Below, piece after piece: positions 19,316-28,917 of a stretch of DNA of 64,000 nucleotides. The DNA comes from Treponemataceae bacterium. Its GTDB lineage: Bacteria; Spirochaetota; Spirochaetia; Treponematales; Rectinemataceae. Location: the NCBI GenBank assembly GCA_963678065.2, contig CAXXVZ010000003.1, positions 32,001 to 96,000 of the forward strand, in the 5' to 3' direction. How positions within the stretch are numbered: the stretch's first letter is position 1; every line of letters starts with the position of its first letter. Under the pieces are notes generated by a model that saw nothing but the letters and a program-made list of their open reading frames with translations, made no database searches and was not told the origin of the DNA. The translations under genes were made by a program, and so were the position numbers.

Positions 19316-21754
19316 CTATTGCCTCTGCAGGAAATAGATCCCGAGATGGAGGAGGATGCCCGCGATCCCCTCGTCGAATCCGGAATCGAGTCTTCTCGAT
19401 TCGCGCACAAGCCACCACCATGTGCTCATGCGGATGTCGATCTGGAGGAGCTGGGTCAGGAATTCCTTTTCCCGCACCTCTGGTCCGAACAGCACATCCA
19501 TGACCGCATCGCTCAGGGCGAAGAGGCTCGAAAGCCCTTCCTTCCACCGGCTGGTCTCCATGGCTTCCGAGATCATGGACAGGGCGGCCTCGACCGCCGC
19601 CCCCCGCTGCCCCGCGGCGCGGTCGTCGGACTGTGCAGCTTTTCCCTGACGCGCCGCGCCGGAGTGGCTGCCCGCCAGAAGTTCCCTGATGTTCACGTCA
19701 AACCGCGCTTTGAGCGCGCGGCAGCGGGCGAGCCTCTCGGCCTCTCCGCCGGTCATGTACTGGTAGAACTCGCCGGGTTTTCCTATCAGATTCGCGATCG
19801 CCGTCGCGTACTGACGCCTGAGGACGGTGTTGGATGTGGAGATGAAGCGCGGGAAAAGCTCCCAGACGGCCTGGAATATTTCGAAGCGGGCCTCGCTGCC
19901 CTCGGCGCCTTCCCCTGCGCGGCTCGCCGCTTCTGTCCCCATGACGATGACCGTGTCTTCGCGCCTGGATCGGAATGCCTGGAGGAGGGCGTCGATGGAC
20001 TCGTCGTCTCCGATGCTGCCGAGAGCCTCCGCGCAGGCGGCCCTGAGTTCGGCGGAAGGGGAGGAGAGCGCGTCGGCGAGGGCGGGCACGGCTCCCCGGT
20101 CGCCGATCCGGCCGAGCGCGCGCGCGGCCTCGATGCGGATCATGCTGTCCTCGTCGGAAAGCCGCGCCGAAAGGGCGCCGACCGCTTCCGGCGACCCGAT
20201 CCGGCCCAGGGCGCGGGCCGCCTCTTCCCTGACTTCCGGCGAGGGATCGTCGAGGCGCTCCAGGATCTCTTCCATGAGAAGGGCGCCCGAGCCGTCCTCG
20301 ATCCGGCGGAGCGCGCTCGCGACTCTGCCCGATTCCTGGACCTTGTTGAGGGCGTCGAGCGACATGAAACTCCTGAAGAGCGTGCCCCCGGCGAGCTGGG
20401 TCGCGACGTCGCCGAGGCTCTTCTGCTTCCCTTCCCTGGTCTTGTTGATGAGGATCATCGCAAATCCGATGGCGACGAGGGCCGCGACGAGGACGACATG
20501 GAATCCGCTCAGATGGACGAATCCCGCGTCGAGAGAGAAGTCGCCCAGCATGTCCTTCATCTCGCCTCCGATTATGGACGACATTGCCGATACGAGTCCC
20601 ACGATCGTGTTGTACCAGGCGATGTAGGAGACACGGTTCGCGGAAGGGGCGAGGGTCAGCATGAGCTGGCCGGCGCCCTCCCAGAATGCCGGACCGAAGA
20701 AGCCGACGACGAGGGCGATGACGGGGAGGATGAATGTGTAGTTTTTCCCCGTGAGGAAGAAAAATCCGATCCAGCCGAGGGTGGTGAGGCACCCGAGGAG
20801 GACGACGGGTTTCCGCCCGTAGCGGTCCATCACGACGCCCCAGAACGGGGCTATCGCGACCCACACGAGCTGGGAGATCACGGTCATGATGCCGAGCCAG
20901 GTGTTCGGTGCCCCGATGGCTTCGGGGGAGGTGATGTAGGGGGCCTGGAAGGGGCCGATCAGGTTCATCGCGAAGACGGCGGCCCCGACCGAAACCGAAT
21001 AGCGTATGAAATTCCTGTTGGAGAGCGGGGCGAAGAAATCCGCGAACTCATCCTTGGCTGTCCGGTTCATCGACTCATCCTTCGGGGCCGTCGTGCCCGG
21101 CTCCGGTATCGCCAGGTGCAAAAGGATATCCGCCACTCCCGCCATGCCCCCCACCCCGATGATACAGCCGTACACCCAGAAGGTGGATTCGGGGGGAAAG
21201 AGGTCGAGCAGCAGCGTCGCGGAGAAAAACCAGATGACAGTGACGAACTGCGCGGCCGCCGACCTCCGGAGGAAGAAGGTGCCCCTGCTCCGCTCGGGAA
21301 TGATGTCGGCCATCCAGCTGAGCCATCCCGAGGAACTCAGGTTCATGAAGCTCCAGGAAACGGCGACCGCGACGACGACCCAGCGGACAGCCGTGGCCTT
21401 CTCCCCGCCTCTGGCGACGAAGAAGGCCATCGCCATGACGATGAGCCCGGCCACGCGGTGAAGGAGGTGGAAACCGATCCAGAACGCTTTTCTCGCGGGA
21501 AGCCGGGCGTAGATGAACACGGAGAAAAGCTGGAGAACGGCCGAAGCCTGCATGATGGCGATGAGGAGCCCGAGCGTAGACGACGAGGCCCCGAGATGAT
21601 TTACCAGGAAGACGTTGAATATCGGCTGGGGAGAGCAGACGTGGACCCACATGGTTCCGAGAGCGCCGGCGGCGGTCGAGACCGTCATCGCCTTTCCGAG
21701 GGCTTTGGGCGACTCTATGGCTCCATGTGTCGTCTCGGCTGTCCGTCTCTGCAT
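19316..21754 (-). CDS. MFS transporter fused to a C-terminal HEAT-repeat domain
   Basis: About 12 TMs with DRYGRKP; repeats VREEAARALGRIG, IRIEAARALGRIG, LRAACAEALGSIG; start uncertain. Confidence 0.85.
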   Translation of the reverse strand: MQRRTAETTHGAIESPKALGKAMTVSTAAGALGTMWVHVCSPQPIFNVFLVNHLGASSSTLGLLIAIMQASAVLQLFSVFIYARLPARKAFWIGFHLLHRVAGLIVMAMAFFVARGGEKATAVRWVVVAVAVSWSFMNLSSSGWLSWMADIIPERSRGTFFLRRSAAAQFVTVIWFFSATLLLDLFPPESTFWVYGCIIGVGGMAGVADILLHLAIPEPGTTAPKDESMNRTAKDEFADFFAPLSNRNFIRYSVSVGAAVFAMNLIGPFQAPYITSPEAIGAPNTWLGIMTVISQLVWVAIAPFWGVVMDRYGRKPVVLLGCLTTLGWIGFFFLTGKNYTFILPVIALVVGFFGPAFWEGAGQLMLTLAPSANRVSYIAWYNTIVGLVSAMSSIIGGEMKDMLGDFSLDAGFVHLSGFHVVLVAALVAIGFAMILINKTREGKQKSLGDVATQLAGGTLFRSFMSLDALNKVQESGRVASALRRIEDGSGALLMEEILERLDDPSPEVREEAARALGRIGSPEAVGALSARLSDEDSMIRIEAARALGRIGDRGAVPALADALSSPSAELRAACAEALGSIGDDESIDALLQAFRSRREDTVIVMGTEAASRAGEGAEGSEARFEIFQAVWELFPRFISTSNTVLRRQYATAIANLIGKPGEFYQYMTGGEAERLARCRALKARFDVNIRELLAGSHSGAARQGKAAQSDDRAAGQRGAAVEAALSMISEAMETSRWKEGLSSLFALSDAVMDVLFGPEVREKEFLTQLLQIDIRMSTWWWLVRESRRLDSGFDEGIAGILLHLGIYFLQRQ

Positions 21755-21904
21755 CAGGCTTCCTCGCGCATCGGTCAGCCTATCCTAGCGACCGCCGCCG
21801 CGCGCATCAATATGGCTCAAGGCGCTCGGACTGGACGATCGCGCTGTGGCACGCCCGCGTCCCGTGGTCAGTCCCGCAGCCGAGGGGAGGCGGGCCTGCG
21901 CGGT

Positions 21905-23242
21905 TCAGCGGTACTCCGGAATCATGCCGCCGTGCGCCTCGAAAAGATCGTCGCACAGGGCGCGGATTCTATCGAGCGTGAGCTCTGCCGCGCAGCGCGG
22001 GTCGAGATAGGCCGCCTGGTAGACGAGGTCGCGGCTGCGTTTCAGGGCCGCCTCCACAGCGAGGAGCTGGACGTTTATGTTCGTCATGTTGAGCGCCGCG
22101 CACTGTGTGGGCAGAGGGCCGGCGTAACAGCCCTGGACGCCGTTCTTGTCCACGAGGCAGGGCACTTCGACGACAGCGTCGGCCGGAAGGTTCGGGATGA
22201 GTCCCGCATTGAGCACGTTGCCGTGGACGCGGAACGGATTTCCCGTCACTATCGCCTCCATTATTCCGGCTCCGAACTCGCTCGTCTTTTCGTGGGTCAG
22301 TCGCGGGTCGGCCACGATTTCGTTGCGGCGTTTTTTCCAGCCCGTGATCTGGTTCACACAGCGTCTGGGGTATTCGTCGAGGGGAATGTTGAACTCGTCG
22401 ACAAGGTCAGGCCGGTCGCGCTTGATCCAGTAGGGCGTGTACTCGGCGTTGTGCTCCGAGGATTCCGTCACATAATACCCGAAGTGGCGCATGATCTCGA
22501 GCCTGACCATATCGCCGTGCTTGTTTCCCTCCGGTTTCCGGGCGGACTCGTTCAGCGCCGCGGCCCGGACCTTGATCTCCGGATAGAGGTCGACGCCCCG
22601 CGCCTTTATTTCGAGGAGCCAGGCCATGTGGTTGATGCCGGCTATTTTCCACGCAAGGTCGGATTCCGGGATCTCCATCCCGACATCCGCAAGGAGCGTC
22701 CGGGCGCATACCTGCACGGAGTGGCAGAGTCCGACCGTCTTCACGCCCGATCCGCGCAGCATGGCTCCCGTCACCATGCACATGGGGTTCGTGTAGTTGA
22801 GCATCCAGGCGTCGGAGGCGACTTCCTCGATATCCCTGGCAAAATCGAGCATGACGGGAACGGTCCGGAGGGCCCGGAAGATTCCTCCGATCCCGAGCGT
22901 ATCCGCGATCGTCTGCCTGAGTCCGTACTTCTTCGGAATTTCGAAGTCGACGATCGTCGCGGGATCGTATCCGCCGACCTGGATCGCGTTGACGACAAAG
23001 TCGGCGCCGCGCAGGGCATTTGCGCGCTCCTGTGGGCCGAGGTGGCGGCTTACGCGGGCGCGTCCCGAGTTTATCGTGGCGTTGAGCGTGTTCAGCATCA
23101 GGAAGGAGTCTTCGAGCCTCCCGGCGTCGATGTCGTAGAGCGCTATCTTTGCATCCGAGAGGGCGGGCGTGAGCATCGCGTCCCCCAGTATGTTTTTCGC
23201 GAAGACCGTGCTCCCCGCGCCGAGAAAGGTGATTTTTGCCAT
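21905..23242 (-). CDS. melA: Alpha-galactosidase/alpha-glucosidase, GH4
   Basis: ITFLGAGSTVF, NYTNPM, VGLCHSV, AGINH, TESSEHNAEY. Confidence 0.92.
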   Translation of the reverse strand: MAKITFLGAGSTVFAKNILGDAMLTPALSDAKIALYDIDAGRLEDSFLMLNTLNATINSGRARVSRHLGPQERANALRGADFVVNAIQVGGYDPATIVDFEIPKKYGLRQTIADTLGIGGIFRALRTVPVMLDFARDIEEVASDAWMLNYTNPMCMVTGAMLRGSGVKTVGLCHSVQVCARTLLADVGMEIPESDLAWKIAGINHMAWLLEIKARGVDLYPEIKVRAAALNESARKPEGNKHGDMVRLEIMRHFGYYVTESSEHNAEYTPYWIKRDRPDLVDEFNIPLDEYPRRCVNQITGWKKRRNEIVADPRLTHEKTSEFGAGIMEAIVTGNPFRVHGNVLNAGLIPNLPADAVVEVPCLVDKNGVQGCYAGPLPTQCAALNMTNINVQLLAVEAALKRSRDLVYQAAYLDPRCAAELTLDRIRALCDDLFEAHGGMIPEYR

Positions 23243-23435
23243 GGGCGAACCTCCGTGAGTCCGATCCTAGACCGCAGGCTCTGATTCGTACATGACGATT
23301 TGTTGTATGCTCTTGATGAAATGTCGGATTCCGATGTCTAATTGTCGGAACAGGGTTTTCGCCCGCATGATGGCACGATGCAAAGGCCCCAGGAAGAATT
23401 GGGAACCCATCGCGCGCCCGAAAGGAGCCGGCCTC

Positions 23436-24275
23436 ATGGCCCAGAAGGAAAGTTACGCGCCGCCTTCCTCCGATTCGTGGCTCTCGCTGCGCTACGCGGG
23501 CGAGGAGGACTGCCTCCCCGGGCATCGCTACGGCGGAGTCCGCGACCATGTCCTCTTTCACTACATCGTCGGGGGCGAGGGCAGGGTCTGGACGCGCGGC
23601 GCCTCGCACAGGCTCGGAAAGGGCTCGGGCTTCGTCTTCTTTCCCGGTCAGGAGCACGAGTACCGGGCCTCGCGGGATGATCCCTGGCACTATCTCTGGA
23701 TGGGATTTTCCGGATCGGGGGCGGCCCCGGCCCTCGCGGCCTGCGGCATCGCGCCAGAATCGTCCGCCTTCAGCCTGCCCGAATCCTTCGCCCTCGCTTC
23801 GCTCTTCCGCCGCGCCCGGGCCCATCTCGAGGAAGGCGGGGCTCTGTCGTCCTTGGCCGCCGACGCCTGCCTCCGCCTCTCGCTCGCCCAGCTCGCCGAC
23901 ATGCGGCGCGGAGTTTCGCCGGGAAATCCGGGAGTTCCCCGGCCGGGAACCGACTATGTCGATGCGGCCAGGCGGTTCATGGAGGAGCATTTCATCCGGC
24001 CCATCGATACCGCCGATGTCGCGCGCCACATCGGCCTCGACAGGAGTTATCTGTCCGAACTCTTTTCGCGCGCCACGGGCACGAGTCTCAAGCGTTACCT
24101 GACTGGCCTCCGCATGGAGAGATCCCGTAGCCTTCTCGCCCCGGGCAGGCTCAGCGTCGCCCAGGTCGCGGCCTCCGTCGGCTACCGCGACCCCTCTGTC
24201 TTCTCCCGGAGGTTCAAACTGGAGACAGGGCATTCCCCCGCGGACTTTCAGCGGAGCGCGGGGTTGAATACCTGA
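23436..24275 (+). CDS. AraC-family regulator (MsmR-like), divergent from melA
   Basis: Cupin AraC-binding domain (HYIVGGEG, PWHYLWMGF) and C-terminal VAASVGY...FSRRFK...G.SP; SD AAGGAG. Confidence 0.9.
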   Translation: MAQKESYAPPSSDSWLSLRYAGEEDCLPGHRYGGVRDHVLFHYIVGGEGRVWTRGASHRLGKGSGFVFFPGQEHEYRASRDDPWHYLWMGFSGSGAAPALAACGIAPESSAFSLPESFALASLFRRARAHLEEGGALSSLAADACLRLSLAQLADMRRGVSPGNPGVPRPGTDYVDAARRFMEEHFIRPIDTADVARHIGLDRSYLSELFSRATGTSLKRYLTGLRMERSRSLLAPGRLSVAQVAASVGYRDPSVFSRRFKLETGHSPADFQRSAGLNT

Positions 24276-24340
24276 ATACCCGATGAACGCGGGATGGGAG
24301 CGCATGCGTCACCGTGCGGACACCGTTCCGGGTCCCCGCG

Positions 24341-26143
24341 TCACGCGAACAGCTGCTCTTCCGCCGCCTCCTCGCGCTCCGTCCTGAACTGACTCGTGTA
24401 GAGTTCGCGGTAGACGCCTTTCTTCGCGAGGAGCTCGTGGTGGGTCCCGGACTCGACGATCCTTCCGCCGTCGATGACGAGAATTCTGTCGGCCTCGCGT
24501 ATGGTCGAGAGCCTGTGCGCCACGACGAGCCCCGCGCTCTGCGCGAGAAGGGACTTCATGCCTTTCTGGATGAGGTCCTCGGTCACGGTGTCGATGGAGC
24601 TCGTCGCCTCGTCGAAGATGACGAACTCGGGCCTGGCGAGAAGGGCCCTGGCGATGCCGAGGAGCTGTTTCTGGCCGACCGAGAGGAGGGCGCCGCCCTC
24701 GCCGACCTGTGCCGCGTAGCCGCCCTCGAGCTTCAGGATGAACTCCTCCGCGTGCGCGAGCCTCGCCGCCTCCCCGAGCTCTTCGTCCGTCGCGTCGAGC
24801 CGCCCGTAGCGTATGTTCTCCGCCACCGTGCCCGAGAAGAGGTGGGGCGTCTGGAGCACGACGCCGAGGCGCGACTGCCAGGACGAGAGGCTGTATTCGC
24901 GGTAGTCGACACCGTCGATGAGCACTTGCCCCGAGCGTGGTTCGTAGAAGCGCGCCGCGAGGTTGGCTATCGTGCTCTTTCCTCCGCCCGTCGGCCCCAC
25001 GAGGGCCACCGTCTGCCCCCTTTCTATCTTCAGACAAAAACCCGAAAGGACCGGCGCCTCCTCGGTGTAGTGGAAGCCGACATCGCGGAACTCGATTTCC
25101 TTCTCCATGCGGCTGAAGGCGCGCGCATCCGGTCTGTCCCGTATGCCCGCCTGTGTGTCGAGGAGGGCGAAGATTCTCTCCCCGCCCGCGATGGCGTGCT
25201 GCATTTCGGAGTACACGCGCGCAAGATCGCTTATCGGCCACATGATGAAGGCGATGTAGGAGACGAAGGCCTTGATGCTCCCGACCGTGATCGTTCCGAG
25301 CGCGATCTTCCGTCCCCCGATGAGTATCACGGCGCCCAGGGCGAGCGAGGTGATGATCTGGACGACCGGCAGGAAGAGCGCGGAGAGCCATGCCGCCCTG
25401 AAGGAGTGGCGGTACATTTCCCCGGTGAGGGAGGAGAAGGTCGCCAGATTTTCCTTCTCCCTCGCGAGCGCCTTCACCACGCGCACGCCCGTGATGCTCT
25501 CGTTGTAGCTCGCGGTTATCTTCGAGTTCGCCGACCGGACCTTGCGGAATTCCCCGAGGATCCGTTTTTTGAATTTCAGCGCGACGAATACGAGGGGCGG
25601 AAGGACGGCTGCCACCGCCAGGGCCAGGGTGCCGTCGATTTTGATCATGAACCACAGGGCCGAGGCGATGTTTGCGATCGCCCAAAAGAGATCGAGCAGC
25701 ATCCAGGTCGCGAAATCGGCCACCTTCGAGGTATCCGAATGCGCGCGGGACATGATGCGTCCCGTCGGCGTGCGGTCGAAGAAGGCGAAGTCCAGGCTCT
25801 GGAGCTTCGCGAAGATGCGTTTCCGGAGGTCGTACTGCAGCCACTCGCCGAGGAGGCCGGCGCAGTAGATGAAGCCGAACACCGCCGCCGCCTGCATGAG
25901 CATGACGATGCCGTAACGGAAAAGAAGAGTCGCTGTGCGGGCCCAGTCCGCGGCGAGCATGCCCTCGTCGATCACGAGCTTGGTGATGTAGGTGCCGTAG
26001 GATTCCAGTATCGAAACCGTTATGACGAAGGCCACGAAACCGAAGAAGAGCGGCGCCCTGCCGAGCGCGGCCCCTAGTATCCGCAGTACGGTCCTTCCGT
26101 CGAAGCTCGAGTCGAATTCTTCTTCATCAAGTTGTTCGTCCAC
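24341..26143 (-). CDS. ABC exporter subunit (TMD-NBD), half of a heterodimer
   Basis: GPTGGGKST, degenerate signature LSVGQ, DEATSSID. Confidence 0.9.
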   Translation of the reverse strand: MDEQLDEEEFDSSFDGRTVLRILGAALGRAPLFFGFVAFVITVSILESYGTYITKLVIDEGMLAADWARTATLLFRYGIVMLMQAAAVFGFIYCAGLLGEWLQYDLRKRIFAKLQSLDFAFFDRTPTGRIMSRAHSDTSKVADFATWMLLDLFWAIANIASALWFMIKIDGTLALAVAAVLPPLVFVALKFKKRILGEFRKVRSANSKITASYNESITGVRVVKALAREKENLATFSSLTGEMYRHSFRAAWLSALFLPVVQIITSLALGAVILIGGRKIALGTITVGSIKAFVSYIAFIMWPISDLARVYSEMQHAIAGGERIFALLDTQAGIRDRPDARAFSRMEKEIEFRDVGFHYTEEAPVLSGFCLKIERGQTVALVGPTGGGKSTIANLAARFYEPRSGQVLIDGVDYREYSLSSWQSRLGVVLQTPHLFSGTVAENIRYGRLDATDEELGEAARLAHAEEFILKLEGGYAAQVGEGGALLSVGQKQLLGIARALLARPEFVIFDEATSSIDTVTEDLIQKGMKSLLAQSAGLVVAHRLSTIREADRILVIDGGRIVESGTHHELLAKKGVYRELYTSQFRTEREEAAEEQLFA

Positions 26144-27965
26144 GTTCCAGTTCCTTTTCGAGGTCGTCTTCGATCCGCGTCTGCAGATCGAAGGCGCGGC
26201 GGTAGAATCCGCCGTTTTCCATGAGCTCTCCGTGCCTGCCGCGTTCGGCGATCTCGCCGTCGCGGAGCACGAGTATGAGATCCGCGTCCATGAGGGTGCG
26301 CACCTTGTGCGCGACGACGAAGGTCGTGCGGCCGCCGACCGTCTCGTCGAGAGCCGAGCGGATCGAGTCCTCCGTCCCCGCGTCGACGGCCGAGGTCGAG
26401 TCGTCGAATATGAGGATGGCCGGATCCTTCACGAGGGTCCGCGCGATCGCGACGCGCTGTTTTTGCCCGCCCGATAAGGTCACGCCGCGCTCGCCGACCA
26501 GTGTCGCATAACCTTGGGGGAAGGAGCGGATCGAGTCGTGGATGGCCGCCGCCGAGGCCGCGCGCTCGACATCCTCGTCTTCGAGTTCGCGCTTCGACCC
26601 GTAGGCGATGTTGTCGCGTATCGTCATCGAGAAGAGGAAGGGCTGCTGTTCGACGATTCCGACCGTCCCGCGGAGCAGGGCCTTCGGGTAGTCGGCGAGC
26701 GGTTTCCCGTCGAGGAGGATGCGGCCCTTCGTCGGCTCGTAGAAGCGCGGAATCAGGTTGACGAGCGTCGTCTTGCCCGATCCGGGCGGGCCGAGGAGGG
26801 CTATCCGCTGTCCCGGCAGAGCCTCGAAGCTGATTCCCTTCAGCGCCCAGCGCGTCTCGCCGTCGTCGGAGCGGTAGGCGAACCAGACATCCTCGAAGAC
26901 GAGGTGGCCGCGCGGTCTCTGGCCTTCCTCCGCGCTCTCCTCCGGTTCCCCGACTTCCCCCATCGTCTCGATCTCTCCGAGGGCTATCTCCCCGAGCCTT
27001 CCGTAGGAGACCGCGCTCGTGGAAATCTGCGAGACGAGGCGGCCCAGATTCTGCAGGGGCCAGATGAGTCCGCCGAGCATGCTGGTGTAGGCCACGAAGG
27101 AGCCGATGGAGAGTCTGCCGTCGAAGACCATCGCGCCCGCGAAGTACCAGCCCGCGAGGGTCTGGGCCGCGCAGAGCGTGTGCGAGACCGGCCAGTAGAA
27201 GGAGTGGAGGAAGATCAGTTTCTTTCCCGAGCGGTAGCGGGATCCGTTGGCTTCCTCGTATTTCGCGGTTTCGAAATCCTGCCTCGCGAAGGCCTTGACG
27301 ACGCGGACTCCCGTGACGTTTTCCTGCAGGACTGCGCTGGCCTTGCCGTCCGTCGCCTGGTATGTGTCGTAGGCCGCGAAAATCCTGTTGAAGAAGAAGA
27401 CGGAGACTGCGGCGACGGCGGGGACCACGATGGAGGAGAGGAGGGCGAGTCGTATGTCGAGGACCGCCACAGCCGCGAAGTTGAGTGCGAAGAGGAAGAC
27501 GATGCGGGCGATGCCGGGCACGAGATCTCCGTAGAAACGGCGGACCGTGTCGACATCGGATGTGGCGCGCTGTATGAGTTCCCCCGTCCGCATCCTGTCG
27601 TGCCAGGAGAAGGGAAGTCGCTGGAGCTGATCGAAAATCCCTTCCCGGATGGCGCGCGCGATGCCCTCGGCCACTCCCGCCGATCCGCGTCCGGCGAAGA
27701 AAGAGAGAATACCCCGCGCGAGGGCGAGCCCCACGACGGTTGCCGCGGCGAAAGCGAGGGAGAGGAGGGGTTTCGTCCCGGAAAATCCGGAATCGACGAA
27801 GTCCTTGAGAACGAAGTTGACGGCTATTTCCGTCGCCACGCCAGCCCCTGTCAGAAGGAGGGAGATGAGGTATGCGAGCCTGAACCCTGAAAGAAGGCCG
27901 TACAGCCCGCGCGCGGCACCGGGGTTCCGGAGAAGCGATGCCGTGGGCATGGGAGCACTGTTCAT
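26127..27965 (-). CDS. ABC exporter subunit (TMD-NBD), half of a heterodimer
   Basis: GPPGSGKTT, LSGGQKQR, degenerate Walker B DDSTSAVD; start approximate. Confidence 0.88.
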   Translation of the reverse strand: MNSAPMPTASLLRNPGAARGLYGLLSGFRLAYLISLLLTGAGVATEIAVNFVLKDFVDSGFSGTKPLLSLAFAAATVVGLALARGILSFFAGRGSAGVAEGIARAIREGIFDQLQRLPFSWHDRMRTGELIQRATSDVDTVRRFYGDLVPGIARIVFLFALNFAAVAVLDIRLALLSSIVVPAVAAVSVFFFNRIFAAYDTYQATDGKASAVLQENVTGVRVVKAFARQDFETAKYEEANGSRYRSGKKLIFLHSFYWPVSHTLCAAQTLAGWYFAGAMVFDGRLSIGSFVAYTSMLGGLIWPLQNLGRLVSQISTSAVSYGRLGEIALGEIETMGEVGEPEESAEEGQRPRGHLVFEDVWFAYRSDDGETRWALKGISFEALPGQRIALLGPPGSGKTTLVNLIPRFYEPTKGRILLDGKPLADYPKALLRGTVGIVEQQPFLFSMTIRDNIAYGSKRELEDEDVERAASAAAIHDSIRSFPQGYATLVGERGVTLSGGQKQRVAIARTLVKDPAILIFDDSTSAVDAGTEDSIRSALDETVGGRTTFVVAHKVRTLMDADLILVLRDGEIAERGRHGELMENGGFYRRAFDLQTRIEDDLEKELERGRTT

Positions 27966-28175
27966 GATGTGGATGACCTCTGAGCGGCACCAGAATGCCG
28001 CGGACAGTCGCACGCGCAAAAAATACGCGTGAACGTGCGTTTCGGAAAAGCGACGCACGGAACTATGAGAGGATTGTGTGGGATAGGGCGCCCAAGACTC
28101 ACCTGTGGGCATACCTGAGAGATCGCCTGTCGGCTCGTCTGGCGACGACCGACTCTCGGGCAGGCCGACGGGAGC

Positions 28176-28214
28176 CTAGCGGCTGGCCCGTGCGCGAGTG
28201 GAGAATACGAACAT
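28176..28214 (-). CDS. Candidate leader peptide MFVFSTRARASR
   Basis: GGAGGA, 6-nt spacer, then ATG TTC GTA TTC TCC ACT CGC GCA CGG GCC AGC CGC TAG, within a structured leader of the ABC exporter. Confidence 0.55.
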   Translation of the reverse strand: MFVFSTRARASR

Positions 28215-28295
28215 TTTTTGTCCTCCGGGGAGGAAGATCCGCGCGATGCGGATCACCCGGTGCGTGCCGGGGCCGGTTGTGGAAAAAGTGAAATG

Positions 28296-28325
28296 AAATT
28301 ACACTATCTCGCGCGACAGTGTCAA
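28296..28325 (-). promoter_or_regulatory. Sigma70-like promoter of the ABC exporter operon, with a dyad in the spacer
   Basis: TTGACA-N18-TAATTT on the minus strand; imperfect palindrome ACACTATC-N6-GACAGTGT. Confidence 0.55.
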
Positions 28326-28366
28326 GAGAAATATACGGCGTCAGAAAACAGAAAGAGGTTTTGTGG

Positions 28367-28876
28367 ATGAACTGCTTCCAGATCTACACAGGCTGCGGCA
28401 AGGGCAAGACGACGGCCGCCTTCGGGCTCGCGCTTCGCGCCGCCGGACACGGGAAACGCGTATTTATCGGCCAGTTTCTCAAGCACGAGTACTCCGGCGA
28501 GACAATCCCCCTGAAGCTCCTTCCCTCCGTCGTGCACGAGCTTTTCGGGGCGACGCGTTCAGTGTACGAGCCGGTCTCCGGGCGCGACGAAAAGGCGGCG
28601 CGGGCAGGCATGGAGCGCGCCCGCGCTGTCCTCGCTTCGGGTTCCTTCGACCTTGTCATCCTGGACGAGCTCAATGTCGCCGTGGCGCGCGGCCTCCTCC
28701 CTGTAGAAGAGGTCCTCGCCCTCGTGGCCTTGCGGCCCGCGTCCTGCGAACTCGTCGTCACCGGGCGGGACGCCCATCCCCGCCTCGTCGAGGCCGCCGA
28801 CCTCGTCACCGAGATGCACCCGGTCAAGCACTACATCGACAAGGGAGTGGCGGCCCGAGAGGGAATCGAATATTGA
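28367..28876 (+). CDS. cobO: Cob(I)yrinic acid a,c-diamide adenosyltransferase
   Basis: YTGCGKGKTTAAFG, QFLK, ILDE, TGR, ADLVTEM, GIEY. Confidence 0.92.
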   Translation: MNCFQIYTGCGKGKTTAAFGLALRAAGHGKRVFIGQFLKHEYSGETIPLKLLPSVVHELFGATRSVYEPVSGRDEKAARAGMERARAVLASGSFDLVILDELNVAVARGLLPVEEVLALVALRPASCELVVTGRDAHPRLVEAADLVTEMHPVKHYIDKGVAAREGIEY

Positions 28877-28917
28877 GGGGGCAGCGCCCCGGACGCGCCG
28901 TAGCCCACAGAGGCAGC

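Noticed and set aside
19283..23284. 1333-aa plus-strand ORF and other long antisense or alternate-frame ORFs (e.g. 32424-34838, 24314-26077, 46757-48340)
   Set aside because: They are shadows of real genes in high-GC DNA and have no motifs. Only the last 116 aa of 32424-34838 (ArsR) are real.
28100..28165. Glycine riboswitch (GAGAG...CTCTCAGGT on the minus strand)
   Set aside because: It lacks the CCGAAG core and the GGAC 3' motif, has no tandem aptamer, and the downstream genes are not glycine-related. It is better explained as an attenuator hairpin; an Infernal RF00504 search would settle it.
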